This document shows, piece after piece, positions 11,960-25,101 of a DNA stretch of 64,000 bases. The position numbers and the translations under genes are program-made. The stretch's first letter is position 1, and the number at the start of each line of letters is the position of its first letter. The DNA lies in the NCBI RefSeq assembly GCF_006345805.1, contig NC_043007.1:37758001-37822000 (forward strand), given 5' to 3'. The notes beneath the pieces were generated by a model. It saw nothing but the letters and a program-made list of their open reading frames with translations. It was not told the DNA's origin and did not search any database. The DNA is from Octopus sinensis. Lineage: Eukaryota.

Positions 11960-14110
11960 TGTTGTGTGTGTCTGAATGGTATGTTGTGTGTGTCTGTATG
12001 GTATGTTGTGTGTGTCAGTATGGTATGTTGTGTGTGTCAGTATGGTATGTTGTGTGTGTCAGTATGGTATGTTGTGTGTGTCTGTATGTCATGTTGTGTG
12101 TGTCAGTATGGTATGTTGTGTGTGTCTGTATGTCATGTTGTGTGTGTCAGTATGGTATGTTGTGTGTGTCAGTATGGTATGTTGTGTGTGTCTGTATGTC
12201 ATGTTGTGTGTGTCAGTATGGTATGTTGTGTGTGTCAGTATGGTATGTTGTGTGTGTCAGTATGGTATGTTGTGTGTGTCAGTATGGTATGTTGTGTGTG
12301 TCTGTATGTCATGTTGTGTGTGTCAGTATGGTATGTTGCGTGTGTCAGTATGGTATGTTGTGTGTGTCAGTATGGTATGTTGTGTGTGTCTGTATGGTAT
12401 GTTGTGTGTGTCTGTATGTCATGTTGTGTGTGTCAGTATGGTATGTTGTGTGTGTCAGTATGGTATGTTGTGTGTGTCAGTATGGTATGTTGTGTGTGTC
12501 TGTATGGTATGTTGTGTGGTGTCTGTATGTCATGTTGTGTGTGTCAGTATGGTATGTGTTGTGTGTCGTATGGTATGTTGTGTGTGTCAGTATGTATGTT
12601 GTGTGTGTCTGTATGGTATGTTGTGTGTGTCTGTATGTCATGTTGTGTGTGTCAGTATGGTATGTTGTGTGTGTCAGTATGGTATGTTGTGTGTGTCTGT
12701 ATGGTTGTGTGTGTCTGTATGTCATGTTGTGTGTGTCAGTATGGTATGTTGTGTGTGTCTGTATGTCATGTTGTGTGTGTCAGTATGGTATGTTGTGTGT
12801 GTCAGTATGGTATGTTGTGTGTCAGTATGGTATGTTGTGTGTGTGTCTGTATGTCATGTTGTGTGTGTCAGTATGGTATGTGTGTGTGTCAGTATGGTAT
12901 GTGTGTGTGTCAGTATGGTATGTTGTGTGTGTCTGTATGGTATGTTGTGTGTGTGTGTATGTATGTTGTGTGTGTCTGTATGGTATGTTGTGTGTGTCAG
13001 TATGGTATGTTGTGTGTGTCTGTATGGTATGTTGTGTGTGTCTGTATGGTATGTTGTGTGTGTCTGTATGGATGTTGTGTGTGTCTGAATGGTATGTTGT
13101 GTGTGTCTGTATGGTATGTGTGTGTGTCTGAATGTATGTTGTGTGTGTCTGTATGGTATGTTGTGTGTGTCAGTATGGTGTTGTGTGTGTCTGTATGGTA
13201 TGTTGTGGTGTGTCTGTATGTATGTTGTGTGTGTCAGTATGGTATGTTGTGTGTGTGTCTGTATGGTATGTTGTGCGTGTCAGTATGGTATGTGGTGTGT
13301 CAGTATGGTATGTTGTGTGTGTCTGTATGGTATGTTGTGTGTGTCTGTATGGTATGTTGTGTGTGTCAGTATGGTATGTTGTGTGTGTCAGTATGGTATG
13401 TTGTGTGTGTCTGTATGGTATGTTGTGTGTGTCAGTATGGTATGTTGTGTGTGTCAGTATGGTATGTTGTGTGTGTCTGAATGGTATGTTGTGTGTGTCT
13501 GTATGCCATGTTGTGTGTGTCTGTATGTCATGTTGTGTGTGTCTGTATGTCATGTTGTGTGTGTCTGTATGGTATGTTGTGTGTGTCTGTATGTCATGTT
13601 GTGTGTGTCTGTGTCTGAATGGTATGTTGTGTGTGTCTGTATGTCATGTTGTGTGTGTCTGTATGTCATGTTGTGTGTGTCTGTATGTCATGTTGTGTGT
13701 GTCTGTATGGCATGTGTGTGTGTCTGTATGTCATGTTGTTGTGTCTGTATGGCATGTTGTGTGTGTCTGTATGTCATGTTGTGTGTGTCTGTATGTCATG
13801 TTGTGTGTGTCTGTATGTCATGTTGTGTGTGTCTGTATGTCATGTTGTGTGTGTCTGTATGTCATGTTGTGTGTGTCTGTATGTCATGTTGTGTGTGTCT
13901 GTATGTCATGTTGTGTGTGTCTGTATGTCATGTTGTGTGTGTCTGTATGTCATGTTGTGTGTGTCTGTATGTCATGTTGTGTGTGTCTGTATGTCATGTT
14001 GTGTGTGTCTGTATGTCATGTTGTGTGTGTCTGTATGGCATGTTGTGTGTGTCTGTATGGCATGTTGTGTGTGTCTGTATGGCATGTTGTGTGTGTCAGT
14101 GTGTATGTAT
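11960..14110. repeat. About 2.1-kb 22-bp satellite (GTATGGTATGTTGTGTGTGTCA / CTGTATGTCATGTTGTGTGTGT)
   Basis: Unit is directly visible. It decays into GT-rich sequence at 11770-11960 and is most homogeneous at about 13750-14030. Confidence 0.95.
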
Positions 14111-14148
14111 GTTGTGTGTGTTTTATGTATGTATGTATGCGCACTTAC

Positions 14149-14224
14149 ATCACTGGCAGGTAAACTGTTATTTTCTGTACCATCGTCTAAGGAATTAAAA
14201 TTTTTAAAACTCTTCCGTTTCTCT
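14149..14224 (-). CDS. LMO7: LMO7/LIMCH1-like exon (REKRKSFKNFNSLDDGTENNSLPASD)
   Basis: Acceptor TTTCTTTATTTTCAG and donor GAT|GTAAGT, 76 nt, phase 2 to 0. It exactly bridges the phases of the 18959 donor and the 9407 acceptor. Confidence 0.85.
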
Positions 14225-16263
14225 CTGAAAATAAAGAAACCAAAAAAAAGATGAAAGACAAGTGAGAGAAATATTCAATGAGAAATGTTCTTCCAATTGT
14301 CTTGAATAACACCAGGTGCAAATTCAAACTGGATAAAAATTAAAATACATAGACAGGAAGATAAAAATTTGGGTACAAATTGAAGTTTTATTAAGTGGCT
14401 GATGGATTGGTTCACTAATTTGTGCCTGAAGATAGAAGAGATACCAATATCTTCTAGAATATATTTTATATTTTTTTATCTTTTAGCTTATACACGTTTC
14501 AATCATTGGGCTGTGGCCATGCTGCAGCATCACCTTGAAAGATTTAGACGAACAAGTTGACCCCAGACCTTATTTTTCAAGTCTGGTACTTATTTTATCA
14601 GTTACTTTTGTTGAGCTACTAACCAACACTGGTTGTCAAGCATCACACACACACACACACACACAAAGGGCTTTCACACATTTTTGTCCAACAAATTTGC
14701 TTACAAGATCAGCTGAAAAGTGCCACACAGTGGAATTGAACCAAAAACCACATGGTTGCAAAGTAATCTTCTTAACCACAAAGCTATGCCTGTGCCTATG
14801 TTTACTAAGACTCAGATATTATTTTTACAAAATTTTAAATACAAACATCTGTGCTTGTTCAAATTTCACCAAAGTCAACTTGGCAGTTCATCCCTCCAAG
14901 GTCAATAAACAATGTAGCAGTCAAATATCAGTATCAATGATATCAAAGAATGCTTCTCAAAAGTGCTGGCCTTGTATCACATCTGATTTTACTTACACTG
15001 AGGTTAGTCAAGAGTCCGGGGACTCATATGGCTAGAGCTTAACCCAGTTTCTAAGGCGTGTAAGTGACCGAGATCGCAACACACCACACCCGGGCAAGAT
15101 GCCAGTCTGTCAAATGGCCAACTCCCCAGTTACTGCTGGAGCTAACCCCCAGCTGAGTGAACTGGAGTAACATGAAATGAAGTATTTTTCTCAAGAGCAC
15201 AATATGCTGTCCATTCAGGAAACTGAAACCATAACCATACAATCATGAGTGCAACACCTGAACCACTAGGTCACATGCCCTCTCCATCTAATACTAACCC
15301 CGCCAAAAAAGTTAATGAGTAAAAATAAAATGTAATTTTTTTCAATGCATATGCGGTCATTATTTGAATGTACTTTGCACTGCTTACTATTACAAAGCAC
15401 TAATAGCTGAAAGAATTATGTTGCTATGTAGCAATGCATATTAATATTATTTTCTATAGCAGTTCATTTCTTAGCCTAATCCTTATAGGATTTCATCTTT
15501 TATTATATAATCTACAGATCAGTCAGCATATGACACATTGAACATATGACACACTGGTCACAAATAACTTACTGCAAAGCAAAATTGAAAGAAAAAAAAA
15601 GGAAACACCTACATAGGAATGTACGCTGAATAATCTTTGATAAGTTGGTAGTTTCCAAGAAACCAAAGCAGATACTCAAAACAAGCGACCAAAAGTAATA
15701 AAAAACAGTGGCAATTCTTTGGTGCTTTGGTACATGGGATGTAGGGAGAATGAGGGGGGAAAGGTGTACAAGGATATAAGGGCATAGTAAATACTTTTAT
15801 AGATATTCGACTGAAGAGGTTTTGATTCTGAGTTATGAAATAATAATAATCATCATCATTATCATTTAACGTCTGCTTTCCATGCTTGCATGGGTTGGAT
15901 GATTTGACTGAGGACTGGCGAACCAGATGGCTGCACCAGGCTCCAATCTGATCTGGCAGAGTTTCTACAGCTGGATGCCTTTCCTAATGCCAACCACTCC
16001 AAGAGTGTAGTGGGTGCTTTTACATGCCAGCCAGGCAGTACTGGCAACGGTCACAGAAAAATAGTTTTTTTTTACGTGTCACCTGCACACCGGCACAAAT
16101 ACCAGTAAGGCGACACTGGTACGATCATGCTCAAATGGTGCATTTTACGTGCCACCGGCACGAACGCCTAGAAAAATTAAAACAATTTCACAAATTGTCA
16201 GACTGTTACAAAATAAATATTAGTTTGTTGTGGTTTCCAGGGCAAACCACAATCCACTAAACC

Positions 16264-17070
16264 AAGCCCCTCCTGAGTTAAAATTCAGCCATGGTTGACT
16301 TTGTCTTCCATCCTCTCGGGATTGATAAAATAAGTACCAGTGAAACACTGGGGTCGATGTAATTGACTTAAAGTTGCTGGCCTTGTGCCAAAATTTGAAG
16401 CCATTATTATTATTATTATTATTATTACTGTTAATGTGGTGAGCTGGCAGAATTGTTAGCATGCCAGGCAAAATGCTTAGTTGTATTTCGTCTGTCTTCA
16501 TGTTCTGAGTTCAAATTCTGCCAAGGTCAACTTAGCCTTTCATCCTTTCAGGGTCAATAAAATAAATACCAGATAAAATAAGTACTGGGGGTTGATGTAA
16601 TCGACTAGCCCCCTCCTCCAAATTTCAGGCCTTGTACCTATAGTAGAAAGGATTATTACTATTGTTGTTGTTGTTGTTAAGGTGATGAGCTGGCAGAATT
16701 GTTAGCACACTGGGCAAAATGCTTAGCGTCATTTAGTCTGTCTTCACGTTCTGAGTTCAAATTCCACTGAGGTCAACTTTGCCTTCTATCCTTTCAGAGT
16801 CAATAGAATTAATTACCAGCCGAGCACTGAGGCAATTGACTTACCTCACTTCCTGAACTTACTGGCTTTGTGCCAAAATTTGAGATCATTATTATTATTA
16901 TTGTTGGCCGTGTGCTTATAGTAGAAAGGATTATTATTATTGTTGATGTTGTTGTTGCTGTAAAGCTAAAGCTGGCAGAATCATTAGCATGTCATACAAA
17001 ATGTTTAGTATCATTTCATGAATTTTTGTTCTGAGTTCAAATTCCACCAAGGTTGACTTTGCCTTCTGTT
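16264..17070 (+). mobile_element. Head-to-tail array of about 4-5 family A-related SINEs separated by (ATT)n/(GTT)n
   Basis: Recurring GAGCTGGCAGAA...GAGTTCAAATTC...CTTTCATCC...AAGTACCAG blocks, each ending in a trinucleotide tail. Confidence 0.8.
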
Positions 17071-17394
17071 GTGGAGTGAACTGACACCCCAACACGTGAC
17101 TGTGAATGGACTGGACGGGTCTATGAACAGATAAGCCAGTACACAGTTGAAGTCAAACTGTGAGAGCATTAATCTCGTGATTGATTCCACAAATAATTAC
17201 AAGATAACCAACTCTTGTTACATTGCTTATTGTTATATGGTTATATTTGGCCTGACTGGCTCCCATGCTGGTGGAACGTAAAAAGCACCATTCAAGTGTG
17301 GTCGATGCCAGTACCACCTGACTGGCCCTTGTGCCAGTCGCATGTAAAAAGCACCCACTACACTCTCGGAGTAGTTGGTATTAGTAGTTGGTAA

Positions 17395-17627
17395 TAGGCA
17401 GAGAGCTGGCAGAATCGTTAGCACGTTGGACGAAATGTGTAGCCGTATTTCGTCTGCCGTTATGTTCTGAGTTCAAATTCCGCTGGGGTCGACTTTGCCT
17501 TTCATTCTTTCAGGGTCGATAAATTAAGTACCAGTTACGCTCTGGGGTCGGTGCAATCGACTTAATCCGTTTGTCTGTCCTTATTTGTCCTCTCCGTGTT
17601 TAGCCCCTTGTGGGTAGTAAAGAAATA
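17395..17627 (+). mobile_element. SINE family A nested in a family C element
   Basis: Family C sequence CTACACTCTCGGAGTAGTTGG resumes as AGGAAGGGCATCCAGCTG after the SINE. Confidence 0.75.
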
Positions 17628-18958
17628 GTTGCTAGGAAGGGCATCCAGCTGTAAAAAATTTGCCAGATCAGATTGGAGCCTGGTGCAGCCATCTGGCTTA
17701 CCAGCCTTCAGTCAAACCCATGCCAGCATGGAAAGCAGACATTAAATGACGATGACGATATATTGTTACACTCACACATATTATACATATATTGTCACTG
17801 ACGATATAACACCTTTCATCCTTTTGGAGTCAATAAAATAAGTACCAGTTAAACACTGGAGTTGATGTAATTGACTTAGTCACACCATTAAAAATGCTGG
17901 CATTGGGACAAAATCTGAAACCATTATTCTTCTTCTTATTATTATTATTAGAGATTTTAGGGGCAGGGCTAAGTTGATTACATCAACCCCAGTGCCCAAT
18001 TGGTAATTATTTTATTGACCCAAAAAAGATGAAAGGCAAATCTGACCTTGACAGACTTTGAATTCAGAACATAATTAATAATGATGATGATGATGTTGAT
18101 GGTGATGGTTTCTGATTTAGATATTATATTTTTTTAATTGCCCCTACCAAAAGAATGAAAGGCAAAGTTGACTGATCTTAATGGGATTTGAACTCGGAAC
18201 GTAAAGGGCCGGCACAAATACTGCTTGGCATCTTCCTGAGGCAATGGTGATTTTACTTAATCTACCTATCTCATCATCGTTTAACATCAATTTTCCATGC
18301 TGGCATGGGTTGAATGGTCTGACAGGAGCTGGCAAGGCCAGGAACTGCTCCAGGTTTCATAGTCTGTGTTGGTATGGTTTCTACAGCCGGATGTTATCTC
18401 AAAAACAATAATTGTTTCTGATTTAGGCACAGGGTCGACAATACTGAAGTGTAAGGGTTAGTCAGTTCCTTAGACCCCAAAACTTGTCTGGTGCTTTATT
18501 TTATTTACAGAAGAGGAACAAAAGACAAAGCTAACCCTAGCAAGATTAATACCATTAATACTAACATAAAAAAACGCAAAAAAACAGCAAAGTTTATTTC
18601 ACAACCATTTTATTTCAGGCTCAATTCCAATGCATTAGAGCTAATGTCTTTTGTAACAGACCCAAGCTGACCAAAGCCTTATGAGTGAAATATAATAGAT
18701 GGAAACTATACAGAAGCCTACAAGAACAGTTCATGTTCTTGGGTGAAAGACTAGTTTAACATTAACAGTTGACTGATGACCTTTGAATGTTTTTATCATG
18801 GCCCACTCTGTTGCTAGAATGTAGGACAGCTCTCTGGTTTGAAGATAATTTACATATTACCATCATCCTTCCTCTCTTTGGTCATGGAGCCCCAAGATAA
18901 GATAATGGACGTTGCCATAAAAAAAAAAAAATAAATAACAAGTAGAAGTAATATTTAC

Positions 18959-19083
18959 CTGTCTTCAACCATTTCTTTGAAAGTCTTCGTAGAACGTTTA
19001 GTTACCTGAGATGTCTCGTCTGGCTCTTCAGGTACTGATATAGACTTCCTACTCTGTCTCCGAGACTTCCAGGAAGCAAAGTT
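18959..19083 (-). CDS. LMO7: LMO7/LIMCH1-like exon (NFASWKSRRQSRKS...KTFKEMVEDR)
   Basis: Acceptor ATTGCTTGCAG and donor AG|GTAAAT, 125 nt, phase 0 to 2. The spliced EDWYQNFASWKSRR resembles the WQDDLARWKSRR motif of the LMO7/LIMCH1 DUF4757 region (recalled). Confidence 0.85.
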
Positions 19084-20180
19084 CTGCAAGCAATATGTGA
19101 AGATAATCATTAAAGACAGCAACATCAGTGATGAAAATGAGAGTGAGACAGGCCAAACGTCTAGCTGGATTTAAGTACGTCTCTTTATGTTCCCGTTTCA
19201 AATCGTACTGAAGAGGGCAGAGTCAACACTGCCTTTCATCTTTCCAGATTCAATAAAACTATGTACCAGTCATATGATAGGGTTGATATTTAGCAAAAGG
19301 ATGTGTTATAATACTATTCCACATATACAAAAACAGCCATACCAACAATCCAACCTACCTCCATCATCAGCTGCCCCACAGATATCATTATGGTTTCGAC
19401 ACCTGGGCAATATCATACAATCAATTTTAGTCAACAGCACTAAAATAAGTGTTGTTAGGGAACAGACATACCAAAGAAGCCACAACTTTCAAACACATTT
19501 ACCCTGTGTACAATCGTATCAGTAAATAAATTCAATAAGCAAATTACAACCAACTCTAAAATACGTAACTAAACAGCGACCGATCCAGTAATTCATACAA
19601 AAATTATATTCCCTACCATCTTCTATAGTATAATATATATATATATATATTTATAATAAATGAACTTTACGATTCTAATCCAGAAACGTACGTCCATAAT
19701 TAATCCGGAGAATGTGCGGTTTCGTTGTTTTTCTTCATCTTTTACCATATGTGAGTTACAAATACTGTTGTTTATGGAGACTTATTTTTGTAGTAAAAGA
19801 AATAGTAGCCCTTTGACTGCTATTTCTAATATTTTCGGTATGTGGTTTAAGCAACTTGTTGCAAAAAACCCTTATTATAATTATATAATTTTTACCGAAT
19901 ATGGTCTTTTTCCATACCGAAATACTACTAGGTGGAATTTATTGATTTTATTAAATTAATTATAGTTCACCCTTTATCTGTATTATACACACACACACAC
20001 ATATACATACACACACGTGCACATGCACACACACACACACATGCAGTGCTCAAGTATAGCCACAGTCAAATGACTGAAAGAGATAAAAGAACAAAAACAA
20101 AAAGAATAAGGGAACAAAAATATGTGGGTAGGTGGATGCAGGATTCTTGAAAGGAATCGGTGAGCTCATTCCCAACTTAC

Positions 20181-20452
20181 TTGGTACCAGTCTTCTTCAT
20201 TTTCCAAAGAAACACTGTTACGAGTAACCTTGTTCTTCTCACTTAGTGATATTTGTTTCTGGGCTGTCTCTACCAGTGGGTTTGATTTTGGTTTGATGAA
20301 CTGCAGTGGGTCGTTGGAGCTAACAGATACTCCCCGCTGCATTGGTGGTTTCCGCTGGGTGGAACCCTCCACACTTCCAGAGGACTGGCATGAATGACTG
20401 CTGGAGGACATGGCGTCAGCACTGTCAGCTGAAGCTGGGGACTTTCTGATAT
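20181..20452 (-). CDS. LMO7: LMO7/LIMCH1-like exon (DIRKSPAS...NDPLQFIKPKSNPLVETAQKQI...EEDWYQ)
   Basis: Acceptor TATCCCCCACAG and donor CAA|GTAAGT, 272 nt, phase 1 to 0, consistent with both neighbours. Confidence 0.88.
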
Positions 20453-20958
20453 CTGTGGGGGATAGACAATAATTCGGTGATAAACACTAGCAGAAACAGA
20501 CATGCGGAATGCAAGAAGAGTGAAGATACAAAAAGGAGGAAGAAAAATATGAAGAGGAAGGGGGAAAATTTGATACAAAAGCAACAAAAGCAAACAAGGA
20601 AAATGCAAAAGAGCAGGATGGGGTGTGGAGTTGATGCAGAGATGGAGATATGTGTGAAACAAGTTGAGATTTGCTTCTGATGTTAATACAGTATGCAATG
20701 ATATCTTGTGCAGTGCTGTCACCATAGAAACACACTTTGTCAGTCTTGTCTCTATTTAACAGGTAAGAGAAAGAGCAATCAGTCATAATAAAAAAAAAAT
20801 CCACAAAAAAGTATGTTAAGAAGTACATAAAGGTACATATTTAAAAAAATATTTCATTATAACACTGTACTTTAGATTAGCTTTCTTTAAAGTGGATAAT
20901 AATGGCTTTTAATTTAAGCAAAAGGGCAGCAATTTTGAGACAATGTGATAAGTTGATA

Positions 20959-21192
20959 CCTATTTCTTTACTACCCACAAGGGGCTAAACACAGAAGGGA
21001 CAAACAAGGACAGACAAACGGATTAAGTCGATTACATCGATCCCAGTGCGTAACTGGTACTTATTTAATCGACCGTGAAAGTATGAAAGGCAAAGTCGAC
21101 CTCGGTGGAATTTGAACTCAGAACGTAGCGACAGACAAAATACTGCAAAGCATTTTGCCCGGCGTGCTAACAATTCTGCCAGCTCACCACCT
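20959..21192 (-). mobile_element. SINE family A
   Basis: Consensus match, with imperfect TSD TGAT(A/G)AGTTGA(T/C)AC. Confidence 0.8.
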
Positions 21193-21662
21193 TGATGAGT
21201 TGACACCACTGATATCAGTACTTGACTGATACTTTATTTTCTGGAGCCTGGAAGGATGAAAAGGCAATCTTTCTGCAACTGCATGGGATGTTATAGATGC
21301 AATACTTATAATCTAATCATTTCTGCATAGGTTTCACTTTGGTGAGGAATCTGTGAAATGTGGAGTTACTTTTGAACAAAGTATCTAGTCAGTGACCCTA
21401 ATGCTGTCATTGCTTAACCCTTTCATTACTGTATTTATTTTGAGATGCTCTGTGTTTCTTTCAATTACTTTGAATATAACAAAGACCTGGCACAACAATT
21501 TGATACGTCTGTAATTACTTCTACTAAAGGCATCTCCTTTGGTCTTGTAACATCTTGTAACTAGGATGTTGCTATACCAGTCATTGGGTATGACACCTTC
21601 CTGATTAACCTGGTTTGCTATATAGGTGACAAGGCACCCAAAAAATAATTAAGATATTTTAA

Positions 21663-21882
21663 CCCTTTTGTTACTGTATTTCTGTTGAGATGCTCTGTGT
21701 TTCTTTCAATTACTTTAAATATAACAAAGAATTTAGTAAAATAACTTAGTTTTCATTCAGCTAGTGTTAGGAACATAAATTATGACTTAGGTTTGGTGGA
21801 AGATTTTAATTCAACACTTATGAAAACAAGACATTTGTACTCAGAGCCAGAGCCAGTTTCAGCCAGGCTGGTAACGAAAGGG
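21663..21882. mobile_element. piggyBac-like MITE
   Basis: TTAA-CCCTTTTGTTAC...GTAACGAAAGGG-TTAA gives TIRs plus a TTAA TSD. A truncated copy lies at about 21416-21483. Confidence 0.8.
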
Positions 21883-22203
21883 TTAAAATGGCTGTCATTA
21901 CTAACCTAAAAATGAAGCATTGATTGTATTTGCTTCAGTTGCCTAATGGATGTAAACATTATTACCTTTAGTCTAAAAAGGCTCATATCTAAATTTCAGT
22001 CTGGTTCTATGTACACATACAGAAATAAGACACCTGATGAACATCAGAAATCAAACCCACAGAAATATAGTCATAAACATCATAGCATCTACTATTCCAT
22101 GCTTGCACAGGTCAGACAAGAGTATGTTGAGGTAGATTTTCTACAGCTGGATCTCCTTCCTGAAGCCAACCCCCACTACCCACTTGTTTCCAAGTGAAGT
22201 AAT

Positions 22204-22495
22204 ATATTTCTTTACTGCCCACAAGGGGCTAAACATAGAGGGGACAAACAAGGACAAACAAAGGGATTAAGTCGATTACATCGACCCCAGCGTGTAACTG
22301 GTACTTTATTTATCGACTTCGAAAGGATGAAAGACAAAGTTGACCTCGGCGGAATTTGAACTCAGAACGTAACGGCAGACGTAATACGAATAAGCATTTC
22401 GCCCGGCGCACTAACGTTTCTGCCAGCTTACCGCCTTCTAGTGAATAATCACAGCTCACCACCTTCCAGTGAATAATCACAGCTCACCACCTTCA
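22204..22495 (-). mobile_element. SINE family A with a small tandem duplication beside its head
   Basis: AAGTGAAGTAATA occurs on both sides (TSD), and GTGAATAATCACAGCTCACCACCTTC is duplicated at about 22441-22494. Confidence 0.75.
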
Positions 22496-22884
22496 AAGTG
22501 AAGTAATAATCTCCTAGACAGCTAACAATGTGGACATATTTTATGTGGCGAAGTAGTAAGATTGCACAACATATCAAGAGGACCAGATATCCTCACATGG
22601 TGGGCTGTAAAGCAATGACAGCATTGGGAAAAGCCATTGTTTACCAACAAGCGAACACTAGGAAAACACTGACATACACTCTCACAGACACACACATGAC
22701 AGGCTTCTTCGGTGTTTGTGAAGTAAATCCACTCATAAGGCATTGGTGAGCTTGGAGCTATAATAGAAGATACTCACTCCGGATTCCATGCAGTGGAACT
22801 GAACTTAAAACCAAGCGGTTGAGAAGCGACATTCTCAGCCATATAACCATGCTAGCAACCAATGTAGATGTAAATAATTAAAAA

Positions 22885-23140
22885 AATAAATAAATGCACC
22901 CTTTTAAAGCCTAGCCAGGCTCATGGGCCCGGTTTCCTGGTTTCAATGGCATATGTGTTCCCCAGCTGGACGGGACGCCAGTCCATCGCAGCATTACTCA
23001 TTTTTGTCAGCTGAGTGGATTGGAGCAATGTGAAACGAAGTGTTTTGCTCAAGAACACAACGTGTTGCCCGGTTCAGGAATCAAAACCACAATCTTACGA
23101 TCATGATGCTGACACCCTAACCACTAACCCATGCGCATCC
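22885..23140 (-). mobile_element. tRNA-derived SINE family D
   Basis: Head reads GGGTTAGTGGTTAGGGTGTCAGC...TTGATTCCTG...TTCTTGAGCAAAACACTT. A second copy lies at about 43875-44125. Confidence 0.75.
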
Positions 23141-24532
23141 ATGTAGATGTAAATACAGTAAAATATTTCTTCATCTCTAGAGATGAGGTTAATAGTCTGA
23201 AAAATTCATATTTACAATAATTCATCTCAGGCATCTCATTAAATATTCAATAAGAGTAACAGAATATTTGCATAGGTAACTTCACAAAAGTTAACTTGGT
23301 GATAACATACTTAATGCACAGAGCACTAAAAAGCTAACCGGGGAAATTAGTCAATGGCTAATATTTTTGTTCATCATGTAAGCAAGGGAAGCAATTCTTG
23401 AAATGTTTCATTCCTATTTTAACCTCATCAGCAATACTTAGTCATCACCACACTTGCCAATCAAATTGACCCCAGTACTTTTTTTTTAACCCTTTCATTT
23501 TCATATTTCTGTTGAAATATCCTGCCTTTGTTTTGATGAATTTTTAAGATAATTAAAAATTTAATAAAATAACTGTCATTATTAAGCTGGTGTTTGGACT
23601 TGAAATTTTGATGAAGGTTTAAATTCAGATGGCTTTAAGCCAGGAAGTTTGTATCAGAAAACAAAGAGCAGTCTCAAGCAGGTTGGCATCAAAAGATTTA
23701 AGTCAGATTCTTATTTTATCAGTCTCTTTTAACCAAACTGCTAAGATAAGGTATGTAAGCAAACCAAAACAGTCATCAAGTGACAATCACAAAGACACAC
23801 TTACAAAATGGGCTTCTGCACAGTTTTCCCTCTCCTAAACTCACTCACAAGGAATTGGTCAACCTTGGGCTAAAATGGAAGACACTTGCGCAAGGCATTG
23901 CCCAGTATGATTGAACCCAAAACCACATGGTTGTGAAACAAACTTCTTAACCACACAACCAAGCCTCTGTTTATGTAATGGATTGTACTTTTAATTGGTG
24001 GCTCAGTAAAATATATCCATTTCAACAACAAATATGTCAATGGTACTAAGTTAATAGTTGAATAAACTGTCATTATTCTATGACAATACTTTCTAAATAT
24101 AACTTTTTCTTTTATTTTTCTTTGTGTATTTTAGGTTTTGCATTGAATATTACAGTTTATAAATACTTCATTTTAATAATAAAAAACAAAACCATTTAAC
24201 AATACAAAAAAAAAGCCTATTTTCTGACAGAATTACTGAAAACCATTCGGTTTCTACATCATATGAATTTTTCTTTCTTTTCACTTCTCTTTCACCTTTT
24301 TTATTTTTGTGTGTGTGAGTGTGTGCAACACATACTGTTTTTTTCCTTTGTTCCTCCCTCGTAAAACCTATTCTCGTTGAAACTGAAAACATTTCAAAGT
24401 CACCCATATTTGCTTACCCAAGTAGGTAAAAAAGTAAAAATATTCCAAGACCATCCAACATTCTTTTACTTTTTACAGACATAGTGTTTCTAGGAATGTC
24501 TGAGTCAACATCTGTTTTTCAAAATGGTAAGA

Positions 24533-24881
24533 TAGGAGTTCTCAATCATTTTTTATCTATGGATCCCTTTGATTACTATTTTATTCCGGTGGATTCCCAT
24601 TGATATTTGATGTTTAATAACTAGTTTTACAGCTATTTCTTTTAAAATTCCTACTTTGTTTTTTACATATTAACTTGTGTAGGCTGAACTGTGTAAAATG
24701 TTAGAGAAAGAAATCTAGCTGTTTCTTGCAATACATACCAATACGTACATCTAAAGCAAAATTTTCTCAAGGGCCCTTAAAATACTATTGTGGATCCATA
24801 ATTTACTATTTTGTTGCATGGAACCCCAAAAATCTTATATGAACTCTCAGAAGCCATATGGACCTTGGTTGAGAACCACTG
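24533..24881. mobile_element. hAT/Charlie-like MITE
   Basis: The right end GGTTGAGAACCACTG (reverse complement CAGTGGTTCTCAACC) matches the left TAGGAGTTCTCAATC. No clear TSD. Confidence 0.55.
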
Positions 24882-25101
24882 TTATAGGGGGAGATTTGGC
24901 TGCTATTTCTAGCTGGTCTAGTAACCGCATAAAGCCTTCCTTGATGGATTCTTATTCTATTTTCTCCCCAAACCATCCCTCTTCCATCAGAATGGAATTA
25001 TGAAGTAGTTTCTTCTCTCACACATACATTAAAAAATATAGTTTCAGAACCACCATAGCCATGTGAAGGCAGAAAAAGGGGTAGGGAAAATAGAACCTTA
25101 C

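Noticed and set aside
11960-14110. CRISPR-like or other repeat-spacer array
   Set aside because: Units are contiguous with no unique spacers, there are no cas genes, and the context is eukaryotic.
11839-14254. Long Cys/Val-rich ORFs (343-537 aa) in three plus frames
   Set aside because: They arise from a 22-bp satellite whose units lack stop codons. All three frames are open, the unit length is not a multiple of 3, and the region is intronic on the other strand.
14425-14470. CTGAAGA followed by a TAGAA/TTCTA hairpin
   Set aside because: It is followed by GAAT rather than GAAA, with no stem III or stem I.
19655-19700. GAAACGTACGTC (hammerhead 3' half) beside a TA tract
   Set aside because: The 5' core reads TAAATGA at best, too decayed to call. 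It may be a further fossil.
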